Part shown: positions 48,901 through 58,587 of the stretch, one piece after another
Position numbering within the stretch: the stretch's first letter is position 1
Layout of the letters: each line of letters begins with the position of its first letter
NCBI GenBank assembly: GCA_041480425.1
Contig: JBGOZX010000006.1
Location: forward strand, 178-64,177
From: Bacteroidia bacterium
Lineage (GTDB): Bacteria > Bacteroidota > Bacteroidia > Bacteroidales > VadinHA17
Direction of reading: 5' to 3'
DNA length: 64,000 nt
The notes under the pieces: generated by a model
Seen by the model: only the letters and a program-made list of their open reading frames with translations
Databases searched by the model: none
What the model was told of the DNA's origin: nothing
Made by a program: the position numbers and the translations under genes

Positions 48901-51798
48901 TTAATGTTTTATCTGAAGTTTCAATGTCTCAAACCTGTATGAATCTATGGGATCACAAGTGCATACAAGATTCCTGTCGCCGTAACCATCATCAATGCGC
49001 CCTACTGACGGCCAGAACTTGTTTTCAACTACCCACCTGAGTGGAAATGCAGCTTTCTGCCTGTCGTAGCTGTGGTTCCATTCATCTGCCGTTATTACTT
49101 TAACAGTATGAGGAGCATTATGAAGAACATTATCTTCTTTGTCTGCTTTTCCATCTTTAATCTCCTGAATTTCATTCCATATCGACTTCAATGCATCAAT
49201 AAACTTATCCAGTTCCTGAAGCGATTCAGATTCTGTCGGTTCCACCATCAATGTTCCATGAACAGGAAATGAAAGTGTTGGCGCATGGAATCCATAGTCC
49301 ATAAGTCTTTTTGCGATATCACTTTCTGTAATACCTGCTTCTGCCTTAAAACTACGGCAGTCAAGGATCATCTCATGTGCAACAAAACCTGATGTTCCGG
49401 AATAAAGTGTTTTATACCAGTCTTTAAGCGAAGATGCAATATAGTTTGCATTGAGAATTGCATATTTAGTTGCAAGGGTAAGTCCGTCAGGACCCATCAT
49501 CATTATATAAGCATGTGAAATTGTGAGCACCTGCCCGCTTCCAAACGGAGCACCGGCAACAGCAGTTGTTCCATGGCTTCCGCCGGTTTTTACAATAGGG
49601 TGTGACGGCAGAAACTCCGCAAGTTTATCATTAACAAGAATCGGACCCATACCTGGTCCACCTCCACCGTGAGGAATTACAAATGTTTTATGAAGATTAA
49701 GATGACAGACATCAGCACCTATATGGGCGGGATTGGTCAGACCTACCTGAGCGTTCATATTTGCACCGTCCATATAAACTAATCCGCCATTTTCATGAAT
49801 TATATCTGACATTTGGGTAACGGCAACTTCAAACACCCCATGAGTTGAAGGATAAGTGATCATAAAGCCTGCAAGGTTAGTCTTATACTGTTCAGCTTTT
49901 TTCTTTAAATCCAATACATCAATGTTCCCTTTTTCATCACATTCAACAACAACCACCTGCATACCTGCCATCACTGCGCTGGCAGGATTTGTACCATGAG
50001 CTGAAGATGGGATAAGAACAACATTCCTGTGTCCCTCTCCCCTGGTGAGGTGATACTCCCGAATAACCATCAATCCTGCATATTCACCTGCAGCACCTGA
50101 GTTGGGCTGAAAAGATATAGAAGAAAATCCTGTAATTTCCTTTAATGCTTCCCCAAGCTCGTCCATAAGCTGATAATATCCCTGTGCCTGATCTTCAGAT
50201 ACAAAAGGATGAATATTTCCAAATTCAGGCCAGCTCATGGCAAACATAGAGCTTGCAGGATTAAGTTTCATTGTACACGAGCCCAGCGATATCATGCAGT
50301 GAGTGAGGGAGAAATCCTTCCTTTCAAGCAGCTTGATATATCTCATCATCTCTGTCTCGCTATGATACCTGTTGAAGGTTGAAGCTTTAAGGTATGGTGA
50401 CTTCCTGAGGAATCTCTCTTCAGTTTTATTGCAATTGCATAATGAGTCAACCAGAACCTGCTCTTTCCCGGCAGCTTTTGCAAAAATTCCAATTATTGTA
50501 TTAATTTCTTTTATGGTTGTAACCTCATCGGTACTTATACTGACAGAGTTTCCATCCGGATAGAAAAAGTTCATTTCTTCTGCCAGTGACAGCTTTCTTA
50601 TTTCATCCCGAGATATATTGTTAGGTAGTTTCCACTTCAAAGTATCGAAAAATTGCGAATTTAACTGCTTGTATCCCAGGTCATTTAATGAGCTGTTAAT
50701 AGTACAGGCTGATCTTTGAATGTGTGTGGCGATATTTTTAAGTCCTTCAGGTCCATGATATTGTGCATACATTCCTGACATTGTTGCAAGAAGTGCCTGG
50801 GCAGTGCAGATATTTGATGTTGCTCTTTCGCGCTTTATATGCTGCTCTCTTGTCTGAAGAGCCATTCTCATGGCATGATTACCCTGTGCATCGACCGAAA
50901 CTCCTATAATACGTCCCGGCATGCTTCTTTTAAGTTCATCTTTTGTAGCAAAATATCCAGCATGGGGGCCACCGAAGCTCATTGGTAACCCAAACCTCTG
51001 GTTTGAGCCTACCACTATGTCAGCACCCCATTCACCAGGAGGTGTAAGAAGTGCAAGGCTCATCAAATCGGCCGCCACTCCTACAAGCGATCCTGCACTA
51101 TGAGCCTTTTCAGAAAATTCTTTATAATCCCTGATCTGACCTGATGCTGCCGGATATTGTATAAAAGTGCCGAAAAACATTTCATCAAAACTTGCCTCTT
51201 CATACTTTCCAATTATTAACTCAATACCAAGAGGCTTCGACCGTGTTGTTATAACATCCAGGGTTTGCAGGAAAATATCTTCATCGACAAAAAACTTGTT
51301 TGCCCCGGCTTTGACAGCAGTGCGCGACCTTGCATTGAACATCATTATCATGGCTTCGGCTGCAGCGGTTGACTCATCGAGAAGAGAGGCATTTGCTATC
51401 TGCATCCCCGAAAGATCAATTATCATCGTCTGAAAATTCAGAAGGGCTTCGAGCCTTCCCTGGGAAATTTCTGCCTGATATGGTGTATAGGATGTATACC
51501 ATGAAGGATTCTCAAGAACATTCCGGATAACAACTGACAATGGTGCTACACCATAATAACCCTGCCCGATAAACGACCTGAATATTTTGTTTTTTGAGCC
51601 CAGTCTTCTGATATGATTAAGATATTCAAACTCACTCATGGCCTCCGGAAGCCGGAGAGGTTTATCGAGCCTTATTGATGATGGTACGGTTTTTTCAATC
51701 AACTCCTTAAGTGAATTCACACCAATTGACTTCAGCATATAAGGTAATTCATGATCGCGGGGTCCGATGTGCCGGTTTACAAACTTATCTGATGACAT
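48901..51798 (-). CDS. gcvP: Glycine dehydrogenase (glycine cleavage P protein)
   Basis: YTPYQAEISQGRLE, NASLLDE, TREQHIKRERATSNICTAQ, LGSCTMK, HLNLHKTF, GFHAPT, EPTESE. Confidence 0.98.
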   Translation of the reverse strand: MSSDKFVNRHIGPRDHELPYMLKSIGVNSLKELIEKTVPSSIRLDKPLRLPEAMSEFEYLNHIRRLGSKNKIFRSFIGQGYYGVAPLSVVIRNVLENPSWYTSYTPYQAEISQGRLEALLNFQTMIIDLSGMQIANASLLDESTAAAEAMIMMFNARSRTAVKAGANKFFVDEDIFLQTLDVITTRSKPLGIELIIGKYEEASFDEMFFGTFIQYPAASGQIRDYKEFSEKAHSAGSLVGVAADLMSLALLTPPGEWGADIVVGSNQRFGLPMSFGGPHAGYFATKDELKRSMPGRIIGVSVDAQGNHAMRMALQTREQHIKRERATSNICTAQALLATMSGMYAQYHGPEGLKNIATHIQRSACTINSSLNDLGYKQLNSQFFDTLKWKLPNNISRDEIRKLSLAEEMNFFYPDGNSVSISTDEVTTIKEINTIIGIFAKAAGKEQVLVDSLCNCNKTEERFLRKSPYLKASTFNRYHSETEMMRYIKLLERKDFSLTHCMISLGSCTMKLNPASSMFAMSWPEFGNIHPFVSEDQAQGYYQLMDELGEALKEITGFSSISFQPNSGAAGEYAGLMVIREYHLTRGEGHRNVVLIPSSAHGTNPASAVMAGMQVVVVECDEKGNIDVLDLKKKAEQYKTNLAGFMITYPSTHGVFEVAVTQMSDIIHENGGLVYMDGANMNAQVGLTNPAHIGADVCHLNLHKTFVIPHGGGGPGMGPILVNDKLAEFLPSHPIVKTGGSHGTTAVAGAPFGSGQVLTISHAYIMMMGPDGLTLATKYAILNANYIASSLKDWYKTLYSGTSGFVAHEMILDCRSFKAEAGITESDIAKRLMDYGFHAPTLSFPVHGTLMVEPTESESLQELDKFIDALKSIWNEIQEIKDGKADKEDNVLHNAPHTVKVITADEWNHSYDRQKAAFPLRWVVENKFWPSVGRIDDGYGDRNLVCTCDPIDSYRFETLKLQIKH

Positions 51799-51895
51799 AT
51801 ATTAAACTTTTTGAAATGACAACTAAAAAATGAATGAGTTTTGAGATCTGCGAAAATAGTAATAAGTAACTGTTTATGGAAACAAAGAATCAGTG

Positions 51896-52531
51896 TTACT
51901 GAAAATAAGGATTATACCTGATCTCAGCTCCAATGGTCGTCTGGTCACCATGTCCGGGATAAACGACCGTGTTGTGAGGGAGAACAAACAATTTGCTTTT
52001 TATGCTTTCAATAAGGGTTTCATAATTTCCACCTGGTAAATCTGTTCTGCCAATACTTCCGGGGAATAGTGCATCTCCGGTAAAAACTACATTATCATTT
52101 TCGAAGTAGAAAGCAAGACTTCCTGTTGTGTGACCCGGTACATGCAAAGCTGTCAGTTCAGTTTTTCCGAAAGATATTTTCTGGCTATCAGTTAAAAATC
52201 CTGCAGGTTCAGGAGGAGTATCCATGGATAATCCAAAAACAATGGCATGATTCACAGCGTTTTCCCGGTTCTTCTCATCTTCCTTATTACAAAATGTACC
52301 GAGGTTGTACTTTTCAAGCATGAACCTGTTACCAAAAATATGATCAAGATGACAGTGGGTGTTTAATAACAGAACAGGATTAAGTTTTTTCTCCTGAATG
52401 AGATCAGTAAGCTCACCAAACTCCTTCCTGTTATAACATCCGCAATCGATGATAGCACAATCGCCTGATTGATCAGCAAGTATGTACGTATTTACTTCGA
52501 TAGGTGAAAATATAAGTCTGAATACTTCCAT
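51896..52531 (-). CDS. MBL-fold metallohydrolase (glyoxalase II/YcbL-like)
   Basis: THCHLDH, PGHT, TGDALF, GRTDLPGG, PGHG. Confidence 0.93.
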   Translation of the reverse strand: MEVFRLIFSPIEVNTYILADQSGDCAIIDCGCYNRKEFGELTDLIQEKKLNPVLLLNTHCHLDHIFGNRFMLEKYNLGTFCNKEDEKNRENAVNHAIVFGLSMDTPPEPAGFLTDSQKISFGKTELTALHVPGHTTGSLAFYFENDNVVFTGDALFPGSIGRTDLPGGNYETLIESIKSKLFVLPHNTVVYPGHGDQTTIGAEIRYNPYFQ

Positions 52532-52537
52532 ATTATG

Positions 52538-53188
52538 TCAATTCCCGTTTACAATTCCCCTCAGCATCGGGACGAACACAAAACTACCATGTGATGTATA
52601 ATCAAAAGTATCCTCCCCTGCCCGTATTACAAGTGTCATGACCTGAGACATACTGGTGCCAAGAGGAACAACAAGTCTGCCCCCAGTCTTAAGTTGCCTG
52701 AGGAGTTTTTCGGGTACCTCAGGGGCAGCAGCAGTAATGACTATTCCATCAAAAGGGCCATACTGAGGTTTACCTTCATATCCATCGCCGTAAAAAAAAT
52801 CAGCAGTATATCCAAGAGATGTCAATGTTCTTTGAGCTTTCAAAAATAATTCTCTGTAACGTTCTATGGTATATACTTTTGCACCCAATTCAGCAAGTAC
52901 AGCAGCCTGATACCCTGAACCGGTTCCAATCTCTAGAATTTTGTCTCTCTTTTTTACCTGGAGAAGAGATGTCTGAATGGCAACTGTATAAGGTTGTGAA
53001 ATTGTCTGCCCCGATGATATTGGAAAGGCTTTATCAACGTAAGCATGGTTAAGAAACGCAGGATCCATAAAATCATGCCTGGTGACCCTGTTAATTGCTC
53101 TTAAAACCTCCTCATCACTTATCCCTTTGCGCCGGAGTTCTTCTACAAGTTTTTTTCTTTTGCCTTTTGCCTCGAATGAATCTGTCAT
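52538..53188 (-). CDS. pcm: Protein-L-isoaspartate O-methyltransferase
   Basis: GQTISQP, LEIGTGSGYQAAVL, GDGYEG, PFDGIVITAA, FVFVPM. Confidence 0.96.
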   Translation of the reverse strand: MTDSFEAKGKRKKLVEELRRKGISDEEVLRAINRVTRHDFMDPAFLNHAYVDKAFPISSGQTISQPYTVAIQTSLLQVKKRDKILEIGTGSGYQAAVLAELGAKVYTIERYRELFLKAQRTLTSLGYTADFFYGDGYEGKPQYGPFDGIVITAAAPEVPEKLLRQLKTGGRLVVPLGTSMSQVMTLVIRAGEDTFDYTSHGSFVFVPMLRGIVNGN

Positions 53189-53294
53189 TGAATAATCAGG
53201 TCGTGAAATTTCACCTAACAAAATTAAAAAAATTGTGATTCAGGAATCACAGGGATAATAACTCGTTAATAAATAACTCCTGTTTATTACTAAG

Positions 53295-53363
53295 GGTATG
53301 GGGTGTGAGGTCGGGGTTTGGGAAAATTTTCTTCCTCATACCACAAACCTCAAACCTCATACC
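53295..53363. repeat. Inverted array of GGTnTGR heptamers
   Basis: GGTATGG GGTGTGA GGTCGG GGTTTGG faces CCTCATA CCACAAA CCTCAAA CCTCATA CC. Confidence 0.65.
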
Positions 53364-53386
53364 GGATATTCTTTAGTATTTTTAAG

Positions 53387-53944
53387 TTATGACAGATTAA
53401 ATTTCCCTAACGGTTTATATAGTGGGCCTGTTTGCCTGAGGATACTTTCAAAGAGGACCACTTCTTTTACATTTACAGTTTGAATTTCGGTATTCTTGTA
53501 TATTTCAAGAACAGTTTTAAGATTATCAATGTCTTTTAACGATCTTATTCGCCCAAGTGTCAGGTGAGGTTTGAAAGGACGATCCTCAGTTTTAAATTCC
53601 GCATCTTTTAATTCATTCATTATAAGATCATTTAGTTTCAGTAATTTTTCCGATGACTTGATTCCAACCCAGATTACCCTGGGCTCCCTGTAACTTTTGA
53701 AAATACCGGTTCCTTTGAGAATAAAAACGAAATCACCAAAATCAGTACATTTTTCTTTAAGCATTGAGCTTAAATTTGTAATTCTTTTCTCTTCAGTGTC
53801 TCCAAGAAATGCCAATGTCAGATGAATATTTCCGGGATCGACCCATTTGATACTTTCGGCTCCAAGCAATGCTTTGAACGAGGAGATCATCCTTAGCAGC
53901 TCTGCTCCTGCTTCGATTTTTACTGCAATAAAGATCCTCTTCAT
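53387..53944 (-). CDS. thpR: RNA 2',3'-cyclic phosphodiesterase (2H family)
   Basis: RIFIA, HLTLAFLG, PRVIWVG, PHLTLGR (two HxT motifs). Confidence 0.94.
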   Translation of the reverse strand: MKRIFIAVKIEAGAELLRMISSFKALLGAESIKWVDPGNIHLTLAFLGDTEEKRITNLSSMLKEKCTDFGDFVFILKGTGIFKSYREPRVIWVGIKSSEKLLKLNDLIMNELKDAEFKTEDRPFKPHLTLGRIRSLKDIDNLKTVLEIYKNTEIQTVNVKEVVLFESILRQTGPLYKPLGKFNLS

Positions 53945-53968
53945 ACTTAATTTATGGTTCCGATGTTA

Positions 53969-54625
53969 CTACAATTTACCTGCCTCGATTTCAAGTAAGA
54001 TCCTTTCAATAAGGGCATCGTCACCAATTGGATCATATTCTTCTTTAAGGTTTGTTCCGAAAATGCGGGCAATACCCTGCCAGAAAGCAGCGGAAAAGCC
54101 ACCCCTGTATTGGCGAATCAGTGTATATGAAGTATTCTTTGTCTCCCTGTCAATCAACTTAATAAGCAATTTACCCTGGGTTATTGTCATATCCCTCACA
54201 TCATCCTCATACTCACCAAAAACATCTTTTTCGACCTCTTTAATATATTTCTTCCGGTCTTTTTCATCAGGTATCTTTTCAAGTCCTTCATTCACCTCTT
54301 TCAATCGTTCCCTGACTAGTAATGAATAAGGATATACTTTTTTAAGGTTATAGATTAGTCTCTCATACCTCCAATAGGGGAATTTTCTGGATGTCTGGGG
54401 GCGGCCAATAACGTACACCTCTTTTATTTCAATCTCAGGAAGGCTGACCCCACTCCTCTCGATAGTATGAAGAAGGTAAAAACGGTCGGGCAGAGTATCA
54501 TTTTTCTGCTTACTGGTATCAGTCTGACCGGAAGTTCCGGTAAACAAAAGCAGTGAAAATAATATTGAAAAAACAACTCTCACTAAGTCGAATATTTCTG
54601 ACAAAGGTATCAAATAATGGGCCAT
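53969..54625 (-). CDS. DUF4294 family protein
   Basis: NLKKVYPY, TITQGKLLIKLIDRET, FWQGIARIFG; start uncertain. Confidence 0.85.
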   Translation of the reverse strand: MAHYLIPLSEIFDLVRVVFSILFSLLLFTGTSGQTDTSKQKNDTLPDRFYLLHTIERSGVSLPEIEIKEVYVIGRPQTSRKFPYWRYERLIYNLKKVYPYSLLVRERLKEVNEGLEKIPDEKDRKKYIKEVEKDVFGEYEDDVRDMTITQGKLLIKLIDRETKNTSYTLIRQYRGGFSAAFWQGIARIFGTNLKEEYDPIGDDALIERILLEIEAGKL

Positions 54626-54763
54626 TTAATAAAACCCGATTCCGATTCTGAAAGTGTGTTGAGAATTGAAATAAATTTAGTTGTCTTATTACTCAATTAG
54701 TTATTAAAACAATTGACTCACCTCAAAATATTTAGTAATTTTAATTAATTGAAAATAACTGCC

Positions 54764-56743
54764 ATGACCGAGCCCCTTTCCATGGATCAGGCATTTATCA
54801 GGAAGCTTGCCGATATAGTCCTTGCTAATTTGGCTAATGAAAACTTCGGCGTTGAAGAGTTGGCGAAGGAAGCAGGCATGAGCCGTGTCAGCCTCCACCG
54901 AAGACTGAAGTCTGCCGCACAACAGGATACATCTCAGTTTATAAGGGAGATCCGTTTACAGAGGGCAATGGAGACGCTGCAGAATAACGAAGGCACAGTT
55001 GCAGAGATTGCTTTCCGGGTCGGTTTTGGCAGTCCGACTTACTTCAATAAATGCTTCCATGAATACTTCGGTTTCCCTCCCGGGGAAGTCAGAAAAAGGG
55101 AAACCTCAGAATCTCTGAATAATCTGGCTGATGAACAATCTGGGAAATCAGGTACTTATAAAGAACTAAAATCAAAGCATGACTTTAAATCAGTTTCAAA
55201 AAGACTTCACCGCAAAAATTTACTGATTGCATCATTTAGTATTTTATCCGGAATGTTGCTAGTTTATTTTTTATATGTACTGTTTATGCGGAATCCTGAA
55301 AAATCAATGGTGGTGCTACCTTTTAAGAATCTCAGTGATAATATTGAAAATCAGTATTTTGCTGACGGCATAATGGAAGACATCCTTAATCACTTATTCA
55401 GGATCAGGGGGATAAGTGTAAGATCAAGAACCACTGCGGAACATTTTCGCGGAAATCCAATGACTTCACCTCAAATTGCAAGGGAACTTAATGTTAATTA
55501 TGTTCTGGAAGGAAGTGTGCTCAGATATGAAAATAAAGTAAGGATTTTTGTTCAGTTGATCGACGCCCGGAATGATCAGCATATACTTTCTGAGAAGTAT
55601 GAGGGCGAACTGACCGATATCTTAGAACTTTCAGGCGACATAGCAAAAAAAATTGCCATTGAACTTAAATCGGTTCTTTCTCTTGAAGAGATCAGGCAAA
55701 TTGAAAAAATGCCTACCAACAGCCCTGAAGCTTACGATTATTACCTGCAGGCACGGTTTCTGGTTAACAAAACCTATTCCGAACAGAGGGCTGATATCAG
55801 TAAAGCGGGACTTATGACCAGCCTTCAGTATTATGAAAAGGCGATTGCTGCTGATGAGAATTTTGCGGAAGCATATGCAGGTCTGGCTGATGCCTGGTAT
55901 AACTTATCGGCCTGGGGCTGGTATCAGCCATACTATGAAGGAATCCGGAAAGCAAGAGATTTCAGTGCACAGGCTCTTGAAATTGATACAGCCTGTGCCG
56001 AAGCACATGCTGTCAAGGGGGCTTGCCTTATATATCCTGAACGAAAGTTCGGGGCGGCCACAAGGGAATTGCTGACTTCCATCCGGCTGAATCCGAATTT
56101 TTCCGTTGCACATCAATGGTATGCCCAGTTGTTGATGATTACCGGACCTATTGAAGAAGCACGCGTACATATGGATCGTGTTCTGGAGCTGGAACCTTAT
56201 TTCTGGCTGGCACATAATTTAAATTCATGGATCTGTTATTTTGAAGGGAAACATAAGAAAGGCATTGATGCCTGTCTTATTGGTCGCGACCTTAATCAAT
56301 ATTCTCTTGATAATGACTGGTTATTCGTTATTCATTTTGTAAAACTGGGCGAAGGGGAGAATGCAGCCAGGGAACTCAAGAACATTTTTAACCGATATCT
56401 TAAGACAAATGAATATGAAAATGAGATATCTGATGCATATAAAAAATCGGGTATTAAAGGACTTTTTACATGGCTTATAGATTTTAATATCAGGAAACCT
56501 GTTCCGCTTGAAGGAATGAATGGACATCCTTTTTACATTGCCTGGTGGTATGCCATCCTTGGCAATAAGAACGAATCTGTTTCCTGGTTAAAAAAGGCCT
56601 CTGAATCTCAGCATATACCTTATCATTATTTCGACCTTATCACTACCAATCCCGATTTTGATTTCGTGCGTGACGATCCTGGCTTTATTAAGATCCTCCA
56701 AGAGGTAGGGCTATCACAATACAATAAAGGAAAAGCAAAATAG
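54764..56743 (+). CDS. AraC-HTH - TM - TolB-like - TPR one-component regulator
   Basis: N-terminal AraC HTH (FGVEELAKEAGMSR...AEIAFRVGFGSPTYFNKCF), TM at ~aa158-179, VVLPFKNLS..QYFADGIMEDIL domain, TPRs, C-terminal DDPGF. Confidence 0.88.
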   Translation: MTEPLSMDQAFIRKLADIVLANLANENFGVEELAKEAGMSRVSLHRRLKSAAQQDTSQFIREIRLQRAMETLQNNEGTVAEIAFRVGFGSPTYFNKCFHEYFGFPPGEVRKRETSESLNNLADEQSGKSGTYKELKSKHDFKSVSKRLHRKNLLIASFSILSGMLLVYFLYVLFMRNPEKSMVVLPFKNLSDNIENQYFADGIMEDILNHLFRIRGISVRSRTTAEHFRGNPMTSPQIARELNVNYVLEGSVLRYENKVRIFVQLIDARNDQHILSEKYEGELTDILELSGDIAKKIAIELKSVLSLEEIRQIEKMPTNSPEAYDYYLQARFLVNKTYSEQRADISKAGLMTSLQYYEKAIAADENFAEAYAGLADAWYNLSAWGWYQPYYEGIRKARDFSAQALEIDTACAEAHAVKGACLIYPERKFGAATRELLTSIRLNPNFSVAHQWYAQLLMITGPIEEARVHMDRVLELEPYFWLAHNLNSWICYFEGKHKKGIDACLIGRDLNQYSLDNDWLFVIHFVKLGEGENAARELKNIFNRYLKTNEYENEISDAYKKSGIKGLFTWLIDFNIRKPVPLEGMNGHPFYIAWWYAILGNKNESVSWLKKASESQHIPYHYFDLITTNPDFDFVRDDPGFIKILQEVGLSQYNKGKAK

Positions 56744-56804
56744 AAAAGGATTTTTTATGTTGTCCTCCTGACCTTTATAATCAATCAACAACATTTTTTT
56801 CAAC

Positions 56805-56863
56805 TTTTTGAAACACAATTTCAATAATTGATCGAAAATTTAAAGTTTTTGAAACATAGTTTC
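56805..56863 (+). promoter_or_regulatory. Tandem 18-nt operator-like direct repeat
   Basis: TTTTTGAAACACAATTTC (56805-56822) and TTTTTGAAACATAGTTTC (56846-56863), 16/18 identical, 41 nt apart. Confidence 0.6.
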
Positions 56864-56931
56864 TATGTAGTGCATTCTTTTCTGTCCGAACTTTGGATTA
56901 TAAGACTATTGTTTAACTAAAAGATAAATCT

Positions 56932-57399
56932 ATGAAAACTCTTAAAATTGTTGCAGTTCTTCTGCTGATTGCAGGCTTTGCCTCTAATAACGCCAACAGT
57001 CAGAAACCGGTCAGGGAAGTGTTTCCTAATAATTACGAATTATATTTTGAATGTCTGGATCTAAGCTTAACAGGTGTGCTGACTGTTGAAAGGGCTTTTA
57101 TGAATAATCATCGCCAGGTCAAGATTTATGGCACTATGACAGGATCAGATGGGCTGGAGTATTATATGGAAATTATATCCAATATGACTCCAGATATGGA
57201 TAACGTAAGATGGGATGAATGGGGGCAGAAGGCAATAACTTTCACCCAACCAGGAATTTATCATTTATCAAGGGATGGTAAACTGATTGCAATCATACAT
57301 TTTGCATTCCATTATACAGTCAATGCTAATGGTGAATGGACTTCTTATCATGGGGATGTCTATGAATGTAATTTGGTTGGAGAAGGGGGATTTAAATAA
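56932..57399 (+). CDS. Small secreted hypothetical protein
   Basis: Signal peptide MKTLKIVAVLLLIAGFASNNANS; beta-rich; two Cys; HYTVNANGE motif. Confidence 0.75.
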   Translation: MKTLKIVAVLLLIAGFASNNANSQKPVREVFPNNYELYFECLDLSLTGVLTVERAFMNNHRQVKIYGTMTGSDGLEYYMEIISNMTPDMDNVRWDEWGQKAITFTQPGIYHLSRDGKLIAIIHFAFHYTVNANGEWTSYHGDVYECNLVGEGGFK

Positions 57400-57434
57400 A
57401 TCATAGTATTATGTAAAATTCGATAAAATTATTT

Positions 57435-57470
57435 AAGCCCTCTGGAACCATCGCGGGGGGCTTTTTATTT
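57435..57470 (+). terminator. Probable intrinsic terminator
   Basis: AAGCCCTC...GGGGGCTT stem followed by a T-rich tail. Confidence 0.55.
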
Positions 57471-57576
57471 GATTTTTGTACGCGGAGAACAATCTTTGGA
57501 ATGTGCAGCAAAGTCAGTTATAAAAACAAGATTTAAATTGTTAATTAGACTTAGTATAAATTAAAACCGTAAAGTT

Positions 57577-58161
57577 ATGAAAACATTGAAAAGACTTTTA
57601 TTCTTTGTTGCAGGAATAGGATTGTTGTTTGCCTGCTCGAAATCGGACCGGTTCTGGGGCGATGTACCTTTAGGAAATACCATGAATGGTGGTCATGACC
57701 AGCCGGTAATGGTGACCATGCCGTTTAAAGCCGATCTTATCGGGGAGTATATATTGCAAGAGCCGGATGTAAATTGTGGTTATTCTGAAGAGAATCCTTA
57801 TATGTATCATATAATTGTTACTGCTAATGGGACAGCTACTCATCTTGGAAAGACTTATGCATACTTTGATTTCTGCTGCAATGTGGCGACCGGGGTCTAT
57901 GGCCCGGCTGATTTATATATTGTTGCTGCTGATGGTGATAAGCTGTTTCTTTCCGGCGAGGGACAGGTTATGATGGGAAGGCTGGATTACCATCCTGATT
58001 ATGTGAATTCATATTGGAAAGATCCAATGACTGTTCTGGGGGGTACAGGACGCTTTGAAGGGGCAACAGGCACTATCATGTCCGATGACTATAACAGTGA
58101 TCTGGACCCAAATTCACATCATCACTGGACAGGAACAATCACGCTGGTTAAAGGGAAATAA
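57577..58161 (+). CDS. Hypothetical lipoprotein with a GGTGRF beta-barrel motif
   Basis: Lipobox LFAC; GTATHLG, AADGDKL, GGTGRFEGATG (dirigent/AOC-like barrel signature). Confidence 0.75.
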   Translation: MKTLKRLLFFVAGIGLLFACSKSDRFWGDVPLGNTMNGGHDQPVMVTMPFKADLIGEYILQEPDVNCGYSEENPYMYHIIVTANGTATHLGKTYAYFDFCCNVATGVYGPADLYIVAADGDKLFLSGEGQVMMGRLDYHPDYVNSYWKDPMTVLGGTGRFEGATGTIMSDDYNSDLDPNSHHHWTGTITLVKGK

Positions 58162-58242
58162 TAACCGGATAAATCTCTGATTTAATAAAATAAGCTTTGG
58201 AAAGGGGTTCAAGGCAGGTGCAGGTATGTCAATGTACCTGAG

Positions 58243-58270
58243 GAAAAGTGAAGCTCATGCTTCACTTTTC
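58243..58270 (+). terminator. Perfect 12-bp hairpin, probable terminator
   Basis: GAAAAGTGAAGC-TCAT-GCTTCACTTTTC. Confidence 0.7.
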
Positions 58271-58313
58271 TGTTATTATCAAATCAATCTCTACTTTAAT
58301 GTCAAACAAATTT

Positions 58314-58345
58314 TTGCTTTTAACAAAACCCGGGCTTAAATTTGA
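58314..58345 (+). promoter_or_regulatory. Shared promoter motif, copy 1 (upstream of the SLOG-SLATT gene)
   Basis: TTGCTTTTAacaaAACccgGGcTTAAaTTTGA. Confidence 0.55.
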
Positions 58346-58422
58346 ATAGAATAAAACAACGTCGAATATATTATTAGTTAAATTTACTATCGGTTATCTT
58401 TAACAAAAAATATGTGGTGCAT

Positions 58423-58508
58423 GAAAATCAATTATTTGCCCTGCCCCTAAAGGGAGTAATTGATTTTCTTCGCACCCTTTAGGGTAAGGGGCAAACGAAG
58501 AAAATCAA
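58423..58508. repeat. Nested palindromic element with alternative pairings
   Basis: CCCTAAAGGG/CCCTTTAGGG and TTTGCCC/GGGCAAA arms; the central TAATTGATTTTCTTCG is complementary to both flanks. Confidence 0.7.
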
Positions 58509-58587
58509 ATTAAAAATGTTAATGATTCCAGATTCTCATTTTAGTTAAAAATAGTTTACAAAAAAAACACTTAATTAAAATCAGGTA

